A stretch of 64,000 nt of DNA from a bacterium (GTDB lineage: Bacteria > Electryoneota > Electryoneia > Electryoneales > Electryoneaceae), in assembly GCA_020444425.1 (NCBI GenBank), contig JAHLLB010000001.1, forward strand, positions 266,938-330,937, written 5' to 3'. Shown here one piece after another: positions 19,900 to 29,924 of the stretch. A program made the translations under genes and the position numbers. The stretch's first letter is position 1, and the number at the start of each line of letters is the position of its first letter. Under the pieces are notes generated by a model. That model had not been told where the DNA came from and did not search any database. It saw nothing but the letters and a program-made list of their open reading frames with translations.

Positions 19900-20364
19900 A
19901 TGTACGGTTTTGCAGGCATAGAAGCGGGGAACGGGCTGACGTTGATGCTGGCAGGAATGCTGGTGGTCTTCGCCGCCCTGGTGACCCTCCTTTTCCTGAT
20001 GAAGTTTCTCAAGAAGGGGTTGGACGCGCAGCGTGCGGCGGTAAACCGGCGCCAGAAAGCACGTGAGGCGAAGGCGGCCGCGGCACGTGGTGACACGGTC
20101 GACGAGCCCGGCATCCGTGCCATCGAAGGTCCGGAAGGGCACGACATCAGCGGTGTCGAAATTGCTGCGATTGCGCTGACGTTGCTGTTCGAATCGGAGC
20201 AGGTGCACGACAACGAGTCGATGGTGTTGACGTTGCACGGGCTGCCGAAACCTTACAGCAACTGGTGGCAGGGTCGAATCGATCCGGCGTGGCGTGCTGC
20301 GGTGACCAAGGGACGTCCGGCAACATTGCAGACATCTGACCCGGAACGCGGGACCAGGGTGTAA
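19900..20364 (+). CDS. oadG: OadG-family membrane-anchored subunit of a Na+-translocating decarboxylase
   Basis: Single N-terminal TM (GMLVVFAALVTL), EIAAIALTL, HDNESMVLTL...YSNW tail. Confidence 0.82.
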   Translation: MYGFAGIEAGNGLTLMLAGMLVVFAALVTLLFLMKFLKKGLDAQRAAVNRRQKAREAKAAAARGDTVDEPGIRAIEGPEGHDISGVEIAAIALTLLFESEQVHDNESMVLTLHGLPKPYSNWWQGRIDPAWRAAVTKGRPATLQTSDPERGTRV

Positions 20365-20376
20365 GAAACAACTACC

Positions 20377-20472
20377 GTCCACGAAAGACACAAAAGTTAG
20401 CGAAAATAGTACAAAGAGTTTTTGAGTGGCATCAAGTAGTTTTTTTCGTTCGTTTTCGCGGTTTTCGTGGAC
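20377..20472. repeat. Long imperfect inverted-repeat element between oadG and the biotin carrier gene
   Basis: GTCCACGAAA (20377) ... TTTCGTGGAC (20472) with complementary A-rich/T-rich arms. Confidence 0.6.
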
Positions 20473-20493
20473 AGTTCATACGTTGAGAGCAAC

Positions 20494-20937
20494 ATGAACA
20501 CGTACAAGTTCAAGATTTACGGCCATGAGTTCGAAACGCGCGTCATCCGTCGTGACGAGGATGAGGTCGTGGTTTCCGTGAACGGTCAGGAATACAAGGC
20601 GTACCTCGAGCCGACCAAGCGGTCGATGCGGGCCAAGCCGACGCCGAAGATGGCACGTCCCGCGGCGGTCCCGTCGGAAGGGTTGAAGAAAACCGCGCCG
20701 CCGACGGAGGCCAAGGGTGCGGGTGCGGTCAAGGCACCGTTGCCCGGCTTGATCCTCAAGGTGCTGGTCAAGGAAGGCGACACGGTCAAATCCGGCGACC
20801 CGCTCTGCATCATGGAAGCGATGAAGATGGAGAATACCGTCGCCGCGCCGATGGGCGGAACCATCGCCAAGGTGTCGACCGCGGAAGGCCAGTCGGTGCT
20901 GGAAGGCGCGGAACTGGTGCTGATCAACCCGGCGTAA
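20494..20937 (+). CDS. mmdC: Biotin carboxyl carrier subunit of the decarboxylase
   Basis: EAMKMEN biotinylation motif and Pro/Ala-rich linker; start ATG 20494. Confidence 0.92.
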   Translation: MNTYKFKIYGHEFETRVIRRDEDEVVVSVNGQEYKAYLEPTKRSMRAKPTPKMARPAAVPSEGLKKTAPPTEAKGAGAVKAPLPGLILKVLVKEGDTVKSGDPLCIMEAMKMENTVAAPMGGTIAKVSTAEGQSVLEGAELVLINPA

Positions 20938-21073
20938 AGCCAGCTTCGTCAGAATCATGGAGACCGTTTTTTCCGGGCGGCACGCCTAACTGTTTGCTTT
21001 TTCGATTGATGTACAGCTAGTTATACCTATACACGACAGTTTGCTCAAATCGAACAAACGGGGGATTGGTATC

Positions 21074-22339
21074 ATGACGAAGCGTACATCGTTGTTTGTC
21101 AAAGCACTGATGTTGCTGGTGCTGGCGTTGCTGATCGCAACGGGATGTGAAGACGAAAAGAGTGCGGTTTCACCAGAAGAAACGTACGACGGCGATGGTT
21201 TTCCGGTAGCCATCATCACGGCTACCCCGGACGGTGACGACAGTTCGGATATCGTCGCCGCGTTCCGAGCTGCCAGTGAGACCACGGGCGATGATATTCC
21301 AAAGGAACTCATTCCTGAGGTGTACGATGTGCTGTATACACAGAACAATCCGGATGCGGCGCGTTCGTTCCTGAATTCGATGCGGGACGAGGATAACCGT
21401 CCAATGGTTGTCGTGGGACCAACGACAGATGAGGAGCTGGTTCGCTGCCTGGACTACTGTGATGATGATCCACTGCTCTTTCTAAGTCCAAATGGAGTCT
21501 CTATCGACCACGAACTGGAAGATGAGTATGTGCTCAGCTTCGGCGTCGATCTGCAGCATATCGTGAATGCATATATCAGTCAAACACTTGTTGATCGCTC
21601 GATCCTGGAGTACGGATGCCAGATTGTTCTGTTGGTTCCGGAAGCTTACGAAGAAAAAGACAGACTGGCTTCAATCTTCAGCGGATACAGCAACAGTCTT
21701 GGTAGTTGGTATATCGAGAACTCGACACTGTTTACGTACAGTCCGGAATCCATCGATATCGTATTGAATCAAATCCGGGACCAGTTCCCACTGGATATGA
21801 TGGATCCCGATTACTTGTACGTCTATTTCACTGGTACCAGCGACAATGCTGAGGAGCTCCGGAAAACATTGGAATGGGCAGCGAACACCAGTGAGAAGAT
21901 TCGTTGCATGGCGTCGCCTGAGTTCGCCAGGAATGAAGCATTGTTAAGTGATGCGGCATTTGTCAGAGTTGCGGAAGCACGAATTTTTTTCTGTTTGCAG
22001 CCTTCCGTCAACATGTATGGCGGGACAGGGGAATACTACAATCGTCTGGAAGCGCGGCTTCATCGCTCCGCGGATTTCAAGGCGCACATCAGTCATGATA
22101 TCCACCGCCTGTTGGCGGATGCCGTGCAGTCGATTACACCAGCGGAATCCAGGGCGGGAACCATTGAACGGTTACGCAATCGCATCATCGAGCTGGGCGT
22201 GAACCGTGAGGGAATTTCCGGTCCACTTGAGTTCGATGTTCATGGCGAACGGTACAACTTCAGCTTTGATGTTTTACGGATCCACAACGGCCAGTGGAAA
22301 ACCGATGGCACGATGACGGGCCACAACTTACGTAAATAG
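21074..22339 (+). CDS. Lipoprotein, type-1 periplasmic-binding-protein-like fold (LivK/LppC-like)
   Basis: Lipobox LIATG|C, 'VVVGPTT', C-terminal 'GISGPLEFDVHGER'; visibly lower GC than its neighbours. Confidence 0.65.
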   Translation: MTKRTSLFVKALMLLVLALLIATGCEDEKSAVSPEETYDGDGFPVAIITATPDGDDSSDIVAAFRAASETTGDDIPKELIPEVYDVLYTQNNPDAARSFLNSMRDEDNRPMVVVGPTTDEELVRCLDYCDDDPLLFLSPNGVSIDHELEDEYVLSFGVDLQHIVNAYISQTLVDRSILEYGCQIVLLVPEAYEEKDRLASIFSGYSNSLGSWYIENSTLFTYSPESIDIVLNQIRDQFPLDMMDPDYLYVYFTGTSDNAEELRKTLEWAANTSEKIRCMASPEFARNEALLSDAAFVRVAEARIFFCLQPSVNMYGGTGEYYNRLEARLHRSADFKAHISHDIHRLLADAVQSITPAESRAGTIERLRNRIIELGVNREGISGPLEFDVHGERYNFSFDVLRIHNGQWKTDGTMTGHNLRK

Positions 22340-22406
22340 GCCGGCAGAGTTAACGAACGATTTAACCGTGAGCACCGGAATTCCGGTGTGAACCAGGACA
22401 GCAGAC

Positions 22407-23552
22407 ATGGACCTGCTAGGTCAGTTCATTGAATTCACCGGGTTTGCGCAACCCGGGCTGTGGAAAAATCTGATCATGATCGCGGTAGGCTTGTTCTTCA
22501 TCTACCTCGCGATCAAGAAGGATTACGAACCGTTGCTGTTGATCCCGATCGGGTTCGGGATTCTCGTTGGCAACATTCCGTTCCCGCAGGATGCCGGCCT
22601 CAACATCGGGATCTACGAGGAAAGCTCCGTCCTGCATTACCTCTACTTCGGGGTGTCGAAGGGTATCTACCCGCCGTTGATCTTCCTCGGCATCGGCGCG
22701 TTGACCGACTTTTCGGCCTTGCTCAGCAATCCGAAGCTGGTGTTGCTCGGTGCGGCGGCTCAGGTCGGCATCTTCATCACGCTACTTGGGGCGTTGGCGC
22801 TGGGCTTTTCTCCGGAACAGGCGGCGGCGATCGGCATTATTGGCGGTGCGGACGGTCCGACGGCAATCTTCATCTCGTCCAAGCTGGCGCCGGAACTGAT
22901 GGGCGCGATTGCGATTGCGGCATATTCGTACATGGCGCTGGTGCCGGTGATTCAGCCGCCGATCATGAAGCTGCTGACGACGGAAGCAGAACGGAAGATC
23001 CGGATGAAGCCGTCCCGTTCAGTGCCGAAATCGGAGAAGGTGATCTTCCCGTTGGTCGGTCTGCTGGCGACGTGTTTCATCGCGCCGGGTGCGTTGCCGC
23101 TGCTGGGCATGCTGTTCTTCGGTAATTTGCTGAAGGAAAGCGGCGTCACCGAACGTCTCGCGAAAACCGCCGGTACCTCGATGATCGACATCGTGACCAT
23201 TCTACTCGGGTTGACCGTCGGCGCGTCAACCCAGGCGAGTGTCTTCCTGACCCCGCAATCGATCTACATTTTCGTGCTCGGTGCGGTCAGCTTCATGATC
23301 GCGACCGCGGGCGGCTTGTTGTTCGCCAAGTTCATGAACCTGTTCCTCAAGGGGGACGCGAGGATCAACCCGTTGATCGGCGCGGCGGGAGTCAGCGCGG
23401 TGCCGGACAGCGCCCGTGTCGTGCAGCAGGTCGGTCGTCAGATCGATCCCGACAACTACCTGTTGATGCACGCGATGGGTCCGAACGTGTCGGGCGTGAT
23501 CGGTTCGGCGACGGCTGCCGGTGTATTGCTGTCGTACTTCCTCGCGGGGTGA
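22407..23552 (+). CDS. mmdB: Na+-translocating decarboxylase beta subunit
   Basis: YEPLLLIPIGFG, IGIIGGADGPTAIF, AYSYMALVP, GVSAVP, LMHAMGPNVSGVIGSA. Confidence 0.95.
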   Translation: MDLLGQFIEFTGFAQPGLWKNLIMIAVGLFFIYLAIKKDYEPLLLIPIGFGILVGNIPFPQDAGLNIGIYEESSVLHYLYFGVSKGIYPPLIFLGIGALTDFSALLSNPKLVLLGAAAQVGIFITLLGALALGFSPEQAAAIGIIGGADGPTAIFISSKLAPELMGAIAIAAYSYMALVPVIQPPIMKLLTTEAERKIRMKPSRSVPKSEKVIFPLVGLLATCFIAPGALPLLGMLFFGNLLKESGVTERLAKTAGTSMIDIVTILLGLTVGASTQASVFLTPQSIYIFVLGAVSFMIATAGGLLFAKFMNLFLKGDARINPLIGAAGVSAVPDSARVVQQVGRQIDPDNYLLMHAMGPNVSGVIGSATAAGVLLSYFLAG

Positions 23553-23647
23553 TGATCGGTAGTCGGTAAACGGTTGTCGGTTATTGGTAATCGGTAATCG
23601 GTAATCGGTAATCGGTAATCGGTAATCGGTAATCGGTAATCGGTAAC
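23553..23647. repeat. Heptamer microsatellite (GGTAATC)8 with degenerate upstream copies
   Basis: Eight perfect copies at 23586-23641, directly after the mmdB stop. Confidence 0.9.
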
Positions 23648-23683
23648 TGAGACCAAGTAAGAAGTATTGAAGATGAAATAAAT

Positions 23684-23713
23684 CGGGGACACTTACTCCG
23701 TTAAGTGTCCCCG
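23684..23713. repeat. GGGGACAC-family palindrome between convergent mmdB and sodC (possible terminator)
   Basis: CGGGGACACTTA-CTCCGT-TAAGTGTCCCCG, perfect 12-bp stem. Confidence 0.75.
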
Positions 23714-23802
23714 TTGCTCTCATCGTCTCTGTACTTCTTTTTACTTCGTACTTCTTTTCTACTTTCGACTTCTTTGCGACTCTGTACTTCTGATCGACTT
23801 CG

Positions 23803-24393
23803 TTATTCCATCCCATCCTTCGCGACACCAATCACACCGCAGGCGACACGTGCGCCCGCCGCTCCGGTCGGTTGGCTGCGGAGGTCATCTTCGCCGGCGT
23901 GTACAATGACCCCGCGCCCGAGAATCGAGCTGGGTCCGTGCAAGCTCATCTTTGGATCGATCCAACGGTATTCAGCCTTCCCCTGTTCGTCCGCGACCAA
24001 GTTGCCGAGATCGCCGGCATGGCGTGTCTCATCGGCGGGTCCGGCGTGTGGATGGCCGGTCGGGTTGAAGTGTCCGCCTGCCGAAGTCCCGTCCGGCGCG
24101 GAGCAGTCGCCGAATTCATGGATGTGGAATCCATGCTTGCCGGGAGTCAGCCCTGTGACGACGGCCTCCACCAGTACGCCATCTTGTGACTGGGTAAAGG
24201 TCACGGTCCCGTGGACATCGTTGCCTTGTGTCGGTTGCAGCACGGCGATGGCTTTGGTCACGTTCATCCCCATCCCGTCGTGCATCGGCATTTTGTGATT
24301 CTCGTGCATCTGCGCCCAGGTTGTCGGCATCAGGGCGAGCAACAGAACAGCGAGAACGGTCAAGGTGACCGTCAAATTGGCTCGGAATTGCAT
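23803..24393 (-). CDS. sodC: Periplasmic Cu/Zn superoxide dismutase
   Basis: HGFHIHEFGDC, SAGGHFNP, RHAGDLGN, IVHAGEDD...GARVACGVI; signal peptide; GAGGAG RBS before ATG 24393. Confidence 0.95.
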   Translation of the reverse strand: MQFRANLTVTLTVLAVLLLALMPTTWAQMHENHKMPMHDGMGMNVTKAIAVLQPTQGNDVHGTVTFTQSQDGVLVEAVVTGLTPGKHGFHIHEFGDCSAPDGTSAGGHFNPTGHPHAGPADETRHAGDLGNLVADEQGKAEYRWIDPKMSLHGPSSILGRGVIVHAGEDDLRSQPTGAAGARVACGVIGVAKDGME

Positions 24394-24643
24394 CGTACTC
24401 CTCCTCTCCCCGGCGCACCGGGTCATCTTGTTTATAGCATGTTGGGTACTGGTTGACGTTCTTGTGAACGGATCAGACAGGTACGGAGTTCCGTGCCGAT
24501 CGGGCATTCGTTCGCCCTCTCGAGGAAGGCTCTCCGCGAGGGAGAACTATCGGGTCCGGGGAGAAATGGAACTGGTTTCCCTCCACAACAGCTCCTAGAT
24601 TCACACTTTCACCGAACCCACAGACTGAGCGTACGAGGAAATC

Positions 24644-25273
24644 ATGACCGCTGAAGAAGCACTGAAACGATTGCAGGACGGAAACAAGCGATTTGTCGAT
24701 CGTTCGCACGAATACGCCGGGTTGGACGACGAGAAACGCAAGGCGCTTGTCAGCGAGGGGCAGAACCCGCTTGCGTGTGTGTTGTCCTGCAGCGATTCAC
24801 GTGTTCCGAGCGAACACATCTTCGACTGCGGTTTCGGCGATTTGTTCATGGTACGGGTGGCTGGAAACATCGTGCATTCGATCGAAACCGGCAGCGTCGA
24901 GTTCGCGGTCTGGGAACTGGGAGTGCCCCTGGTTGTGGTGCTGGGACATACCCACTGCGGCGCGGTGACGGCAGCGGTCAGTGAGGAAACAGCGTTCGGC
25001 GCAGTGCGGTTGATTCTTGACCGTGTGCTGCCCTCAGTGCATCAGGCGCAGACCGAAAACCCGGGTGCAGACACGGACACGATCATCAATTCCGCTGTCC
25101 GGAAGAACGTGTTCAAGTCGATGGAAGATCTGTTGCTGGGCAGTATGGTTGTGCGGCGCTCGGTGCGTGTGAACCGGATGGAGTTGCACGGCGCGATCTA
25201 CGACATCGAGACCGGCACGGTGGAATGGCTGGGCGAGCATCCCCGTCAACGGGAATGGCTGGAGCTGGGGTAA
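24644..25273 (+). CDS. Beta-class carbonic anhydrase
   Basis: CSDSRV, RVAGN and GHTHCGAV zinc ligands. Confidence 0.93.
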   Translation: MTAEEALKRLQDGNKRFVDRSHEYAGLDDEKRKALVSEGQNPLACVLSCSDSRVPSEHIFDCGFGDLFMVRVAGNIVHSIETGSVEFAVWELGVPLVVVLGHTHCGAVTAAVSEETAFGAVRLILDRVLPSVHQAQTENPGADTDTIINSAVRKNVFKSMEDLLLGSMVVRRSVRVNRMELHGAIYDIETGTVEWLGEHPRQREWLELG

Positions 25274-25276
25274 AAC

Positions 25277-25350
25277 GGGCTCTGGGCTCTGGGCTCTGGG
25301 CTCTGGGCTCTGGGCTCTGAGACCTCAGACCGCAGACCGCAGACCGCAGA
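25277..25350. repeat. Heptamer microsatellites (GGGCTCT)6 followed by (AGACCGC)3
   Basis: Direct reading, immediately after the carbonic anhydrase stop. Confidence 0.9.
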
Positions 25351-25424
25351 TAGAAATGTGGCCGTGTCTGCTCGTCAGACGCGGCCCCGTTGCTCGTACC
25401 AAGTGCTGACCGCAACGGACCACA

Positions 25425-25596
25425 AGCTCTTGCCCGTGTTGGCTCTGCCAACGCGGATCAACCGCCTACCATATCCTGGCAGCTTCCGCGGGCATCAGCT
25501 CTTGCCCGTGTTGGCTCCGCCAACGCGGGTCATCCGCACGGTAAGCTTCGCTCACCATCGACCATCCGCGGCAGCACAGCTTCCGCGGGCATCAGC
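25425..25596. repeat. Cluster of duplicated REP-like hairpins
   Basis: AGCTCTTGCCCGTGTTGGCTC(T/C)GCCAACGCGG at about 25425 and 25497; CAGCTTCCGCGGGCATCAGC at 25480 and 25577. Confidence 0.7.
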
Positions 25597-25663
25597 GGCC
25601 ATCCGTGGAGTACCGGACCTCTTATTGTTGGTTTACTCACATCTCACATCTCACAACTCACAG

Positions 25664-26080
25664 CTACCGTTTCCCATGCTCGATCTTGATGCACTTGTCC
25701 ATCACCACGCCAAGCCCGGCATTCCGTGCGATCTCGGCGGCTTCGTCATTGACAATCCCCAGCTGCAGCCAGAAGTATTTCGCGCCGATTTTCGCGGCGG
25801 CTTCGGCGACCGGGACCACGCGATCCGGGTTGAGGAACACGTCCACCACCTCCACCGGCCCGTCGATCGCTTCCAGGTTCGGGTAGCACTTCCTGCCCAG
25901 GACTTCGGTCGCCTTTGGATGTACCGGCACAACATCGTACCCATGGTCAATCAGGTATTTGCCGACTTTGTAGCTGTCGCGGTGTTCCTTCGGTGACAGA
26001 CCGACGATGGCGATACGGCCCTTGGTGTTGAGGATTTCGTTGATCACGGACGGATCGTTCACGGGACGAGTTTCAGACAT
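25664..26080 (-). CDS. CoA-binding protein (YccU-like)
   Basis: IAIVGLSPKEHRDSY, VDVF, WLQLGI, VVMDKCIKIEH. Confidence 0.9.
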   Translation of the reverse strand: MSETRPVNDPSVINEILNTKGRIAIVGLSPKEHRDSYKVGKYLIDHGYDVVPVHPKATEVLGRKCYPNLEAIDGPVEVVDVFLNPDRVVPVAEAAAKIGAKYFWLQLGIVNDEAAEIARNAGLGVVMDKCIKIEHGKR

Positions 26081-26112
26081 GGGGACTCTCCAGTAGCTTC
26101 GGGTTACTGTGT

Positions 26113-26481
26113 TCAGGCGAAACTGAGCCAGGACGGGAACAGCAGGTTCAGCAGCGACAGGATCGCGATCAGGATCATCAGCACCCCGAAGGACAGATTC
26201 ATCAGGAACTTCGGGCTCTGTTTCAGTTTCGCGTTCGCTTCCTCGAGTTCGACGATCCGTTCCCGCAGGTCCGAGGAGCTCGGATCGCTGGCTCGCTGCA
26301 CTCCTTCCCGTTCAGCCAGTTCAGTACGTTCCAGCCGCAACTTGAGTTCGATGAGCTGGTTGCGCAATCGTTTCGGCTGGCGGTAGAGGTACTCAACCAG
26401 CAGGAACAGGCCGAATGCGAACAACGCGCCGTTGATCGCGGCCAGCACAAGACGCATGATCGTCAAACCGTCTGAGCTCAT
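26113..26481 (-). CDS. Hypothetical membrane protein (TM, coiled coil, TM)
   Basis: Two hydrophobic segments flanking a charged heptad region; co-oriented with the CoA-binding gene. Confidence 0.7.
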   Translation of the reverse strand: MSSDGLTIMRLVLAAINGALFAFGLFLLVEYLYRQPKRLRNQLIELKLRLERTELAEREGVQRASDPSSSDLRERIVELEEANAKLKQSPKFLMNLSFGVLMILIAILSLLNLLFPSWLSFA

Positions 26482-26693
26482 GAACTTCTTCTCGTTGCGG
26501 TGAATCGTGACGGGGAAATGTAAACTGTTGCGAGTTCGAACGGATGACTCAGCACGATCCGTTCGCCGTCAGAGAGTATACTCGTTCGCTGGCGCAGGTT
26601 TCCGTGGGAAAGCGCGGAGTGTTACGCGAACAGTACCGGGATGGAGAAGGAACCCGTCTTGCGATCAAGCCGGGGCAGACCGTAGAAACAACC

Positions 26694-29297
26694 ATGCCTG
26701 CAAACGACCAGAAAGAAGCGAAACGCCGTGCCGCGATGGCCGCCTTGGATTATGACAAGGTGCTGGACGCCGTCGCCGGGCTGTGCCTGACCGGATACGG
26801 ACGCGACCGCGTTCTCGATCTGTACCCGTCATTCGAACCGGATCCGGAGTGGACGCAGCGTGTGGACCAGGTCGAGACCTTGCGTGACGAATTCGACCGC
26901 ATCGAGACGTTAACCGGTCTGATCGAACGCGACCAGCCGCTCAATTTCGCGGGTGTGCGTGATCTCGGCGATAGCCTGTTGCGGGCGCAAGTGCCGGGCA
27001 GCCGGCTGGAAACCGGCGAATTGCTCGACATCGCACAGATGCTGACCGCGACGGACCGTCTCCGCGAACAGATCAACAAGCGCGCCGACGAGATGAACGC
27101 GTTGCAGCCGTTCGCGGACATCCTGCCCTCCGCCCCACGCCTGGTCAGCCGCATCGAAAAGATGATCAGCGTACGCACCGGCCTTGTCGTCGATAATGCG
27201 ACGCCGGAGCTGAACCGTCTCCGCCGTTCGGTTGAGACTTCGATCAGCAACATGCGCAACAAGCTGGACGGCCTGATCCGCCGTCACAGTGACGCCGGCG
27301 AACTCGTCGAGAGTAGCTTCAGTGTGCGTGAGGACCGGTATGTGCTGGCGGTGAAGTCGTCGTCCCGGAACCGTGTACACGGCATCGTTCACGGCATGTC
27401 CTCCTCCGGCAACACAGTGTACATCGAGCCGAACGAACTGGTCGCGGCGGGCAACGAAATCCGCCGGTTGCAGGAAGAAGAAGCTGAGGAGGTGCGGCGA
27501 ATCCTGCGACTGTTGACCGATGACGTCCGTGAACACCTGGACGATCTCAAGGACGCCGTCCTCTGTGTCGGGTTGCTCGACAGCCTGCAGGCGCGGGCGA
27601 AGTTCGCGGTGGAGGTCGGCGCGATGCGGCCGGCAGTTCAATCGGGCATGCTCAGGTTGGTCGAAGCGCGTCACCCGCTGTTGGTGTTGCGCAAAGGGAT
27701 CGACGCAACGGTGCCGTTGACACTGTATCTCGGCCGCGATCCGGATCAGCGGGTGGAGAATCCACGACCTGAAGGTCGTGGGCATGATGGCGAAACGGTC
27801 CGTTCTGTGGGGGCGCATCCCGAGGGCGCTCATCCCGAAGAAGCGCTGGGCCGTGCGTTTGTCATCACCGGTCCAAACGCCGGCGGGAAGACCGTTTTGC
27901 TGAAGACGCTCGGCCTGTGTTCAGCGTTGATTCACGCCGGCATCTGGCCACCGGTTGGGGATGGAACCGTGGTGCCGCCGTTGGACGAGTGGCATGTGAT
28001 CATCGGGGACGATCAGTCGCTCGAGGGCGATTTGTCGTCGTTCACCGGGCACCTTGAGAAACTGAAAACGATCACCGTCAGCCCAGCACCGAACAAATTG
28101 GTGCTGGTAGACGAAATCGCCGCAGGAACCGATCCCGCCGAGGGGGGACCGTTAGCCGAATCGTTCCTCGAGATGGCGGTCGAGCGGGGCTGGTGGACGC
28201 TGGTCAGCACTCACATGGGTGAGCTCAAGGCGTTTGCGCACAAAACGGACGGCGTTCGCAACGGGTCGATGCAGTTCAACCGCGAGACCCTCTCTCCCAC
28301 CTACGTCTTCCAACCCGACCTGCCGGGTTCCAGCTATGCGTTGGAAATTGCCGCACGTGTCGGCATGCCGAAGAAGGTGGTCAAGCGGGCGCGCACTCTC
28401 GCCGGTTCGAAACGCGCGAAGCTGGAAGACCTGATTGAGGAATTGTCGCAGCGGTTGCGTGGCGCGAAGGAACGCGAACGAGAGTTGGAGAAGTCGCTCG
28501 CTTCTGCCAATGACCGGGACGCGAAGCTACAGGAGAAGATCGACGCGCTGGAGGCGAAGCGGGACGAACACATCGCTAAAGCCACTGCGGAAGCGCAGCG
28601 GATCTTAGACAATGCTAATCGTACGCTTGAGCACACGGTGAAGCAGATCCGTGAGCAGCAGGCGTCCAAGGAGTCGATCCTCGCCGCAAAGCAGCGGTTC
28701 GCCGAGTTGCAGGACACGGTGCAATCCGAGGCGAACGCCGCCGACGAACGCCGCAAAAAGCGCCAGCAGAAACCAAAGCCGAAGAAGGTTCAGAAGCCCA
28801 CTGCCGCCAAAAAGCAGGAACCGGAAACGGTCACGTTGGACGGTCCTCTGGAAATCGGTGACGAGGTTCTCATTGGCGAGGGTGATGTACGCGGTACGGT
28901 GCTGGCGTTGAAGAAGACCAGCGTGCAGGTCGCGACCGGATCAATGAAATTGTGGATGGCACCGTCCGAATTACGCAAAGTCGGCCGCAGCCAGCCGACC
29001 GCACATAGCCGCGTTGAAGTCGGCCTTGGGGACGAGGACAAGGGCCCGATCAGCACGGAACTCAAGTTGATCGGCAAACGTGCCGAAGAAGCATCGGCAG
29101 AGCTGGAAGCGTACCTGGAAGAGCTCGCGCTGGCGAACCTGCCCTATGCACGGATCGTACACGGCAAAGGCACTGGCACTCTGCGCGCGATGGTGCAGGA
29201 ACGGTTGAAGAACAGCCCGCTGGTCGCGGAGTACCGTTTCGGTGAACCGGGCGAAGGCGGGGACGGTGTCACGGTTGTGCAGATGACCAAGTCCTGA
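26694..29297 (+). CDS. mutS2: Endonuclease MutS2 (start uncertain: 26544, 26694 or 26736)
   Basis: GIVHGMSSSGNTVYIEP, ITGPNAGGKT Walker A, SSFTGH, VDEIAAGTDP, STH, Smr domain IVHGKGTG...GGDGVTVV. Confidence 0.95.
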   Translation: MPANDQKEAKRRAAMAALDYDKVLDAVAGLCLTGYGRDRVLDLYPSFEPDPEWTQRVDQVETLRDEFDRIETLTGLIERDQPLNFAGVRDLGDSLLRAQVPGSRLETGELLDIAQMLTATDRLREQINKRADEMNALQPFADILPSAPRLVSRIEKMISVRTGLVVDNATPELNRLRRSVETSISNMRNKLDGLIRRHSDAGELVESSFSVREDRYVLAVKSSSRNRVHGIVHGMSSSGNTVYIEPNELVAAGNEIRRLQEEEAEEVRRILRLLTDDVREHLDDLKDAVLCVGLLDSLQARAKFAVEVGAMRPAVQSGMLRLVEARHPLLVLRKGIDATVPLTLYLGRDPDQRVENPRPEGRGHDGETVRSVGAHPEGAHPEEALGRAFVITGPNAGGKTVLLKTLGLCSALIHAGIWPPVGDGTVVPPLDEWHVIIGDDQSLEGDLSSFTGHLEKLKTITVSPAPNKLVLVDEIAAGTDPAEGGPLAESFLEMAVERGWWTLVSTHMGELKAFAHKTDGVRNGSMQFNRETLSPTYVFQPDLPGSSYALEIAARVGMPKKVVKRARTLAGSKRAKLEDLIEELSQRLRGAKERERELEKSLASANDRDAKLQEKIDALEAKRDEHIAKATAEAQRILDNANRTLEHTVKQIREQQASKESILAAKQRFAELQDTVQSEANAADERRKKRQQKPKPKKVQKPTAAKKQEPETVTLDGPLEIGDEVLIGEGDVRGTVLALKKTSVQVATGSMKLWMAPSELRKVGRSQPTAHSRVEVGLGDEDKGPISTELKLIGKRAEEASAELEAYLEELALANLPYARIVHGKGTGTLRAMVQERLKNSPLVAEYRFGEPGEGGDGVTVVQMTKS

Positions 29298-29393
29298 TCG
29301 TCACCGGGGGAACATGCGCCCGTCTGGCAATCGGGAACATGAACTGTTACCTTGTGCGCGTTCAGGTTGTGACATTAAACCCATGTGGGTCCG

Positions 29394-29843
29394 ATGAATC
29401 GCATCTCCGCATTCTCCTTGCTGTTGCTGCTGCTGATCGTGGTTGCGTCGCCGCTGACCGTTCAGGCCAACGAAGTCAAGACGATGTATGACCGCGCCTA
29501 CGCCCTGTATGAACAGGGACAGCTCAGCTCTGCGATTCCGACGTTCCGTGAGATCACGGAAAAGTATCCGAACAGTTCACTCGCCGACAATGCGCAGTAC
29601 TGGATCGGGGAAGCGTATTTCGTGCTCAAGCGCTACGAGCAGGCGATCATCGAATTCGACAAGACCCTGACCTACAAGAACACGAACAAGCGTGAGGACG
29701 CGCTGTACAAGCTGGCGTCGTGTCATGAACGTCTGGGCAAGAGCGAAACGGCGCTGGAGCTGTACACTCGCTTGCTGGCGGAATTCCCGAATACGCGGCA
29801 CGCGTCCTACGTGCTCAAAAAGCTCGACATGCTCGGCTCATGA
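29394..29843 (+). CDS. Periplasmic TPR protein, CpoB/YbgF-like
   Basis: Signal peptide; YDRAYALY, YPNSSLADNAQYWIGEAYF, DALYKLA. Confidence 0.8.
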   Translation: MNRISAFSLLLLLLIVVASPLTVQANEVKTMYDRAYALYEQGQLSSAIPTFREITEKYPNSSLADNAQYWIGEAYFVLKRYEQAIIEFDKTLTYKNTNKREDALYKLASCHERLGKSETALELYTRLLAEFPNTRHASYVLKKLDMLGS

Positions 29844-29924
29844 ACGGATCAATCTGCCACCTCAAGCATCGAACAAACTGAAGAAGACGACGTACACCCA
29901 ACCTATCCCTGAGATACCCACCCG

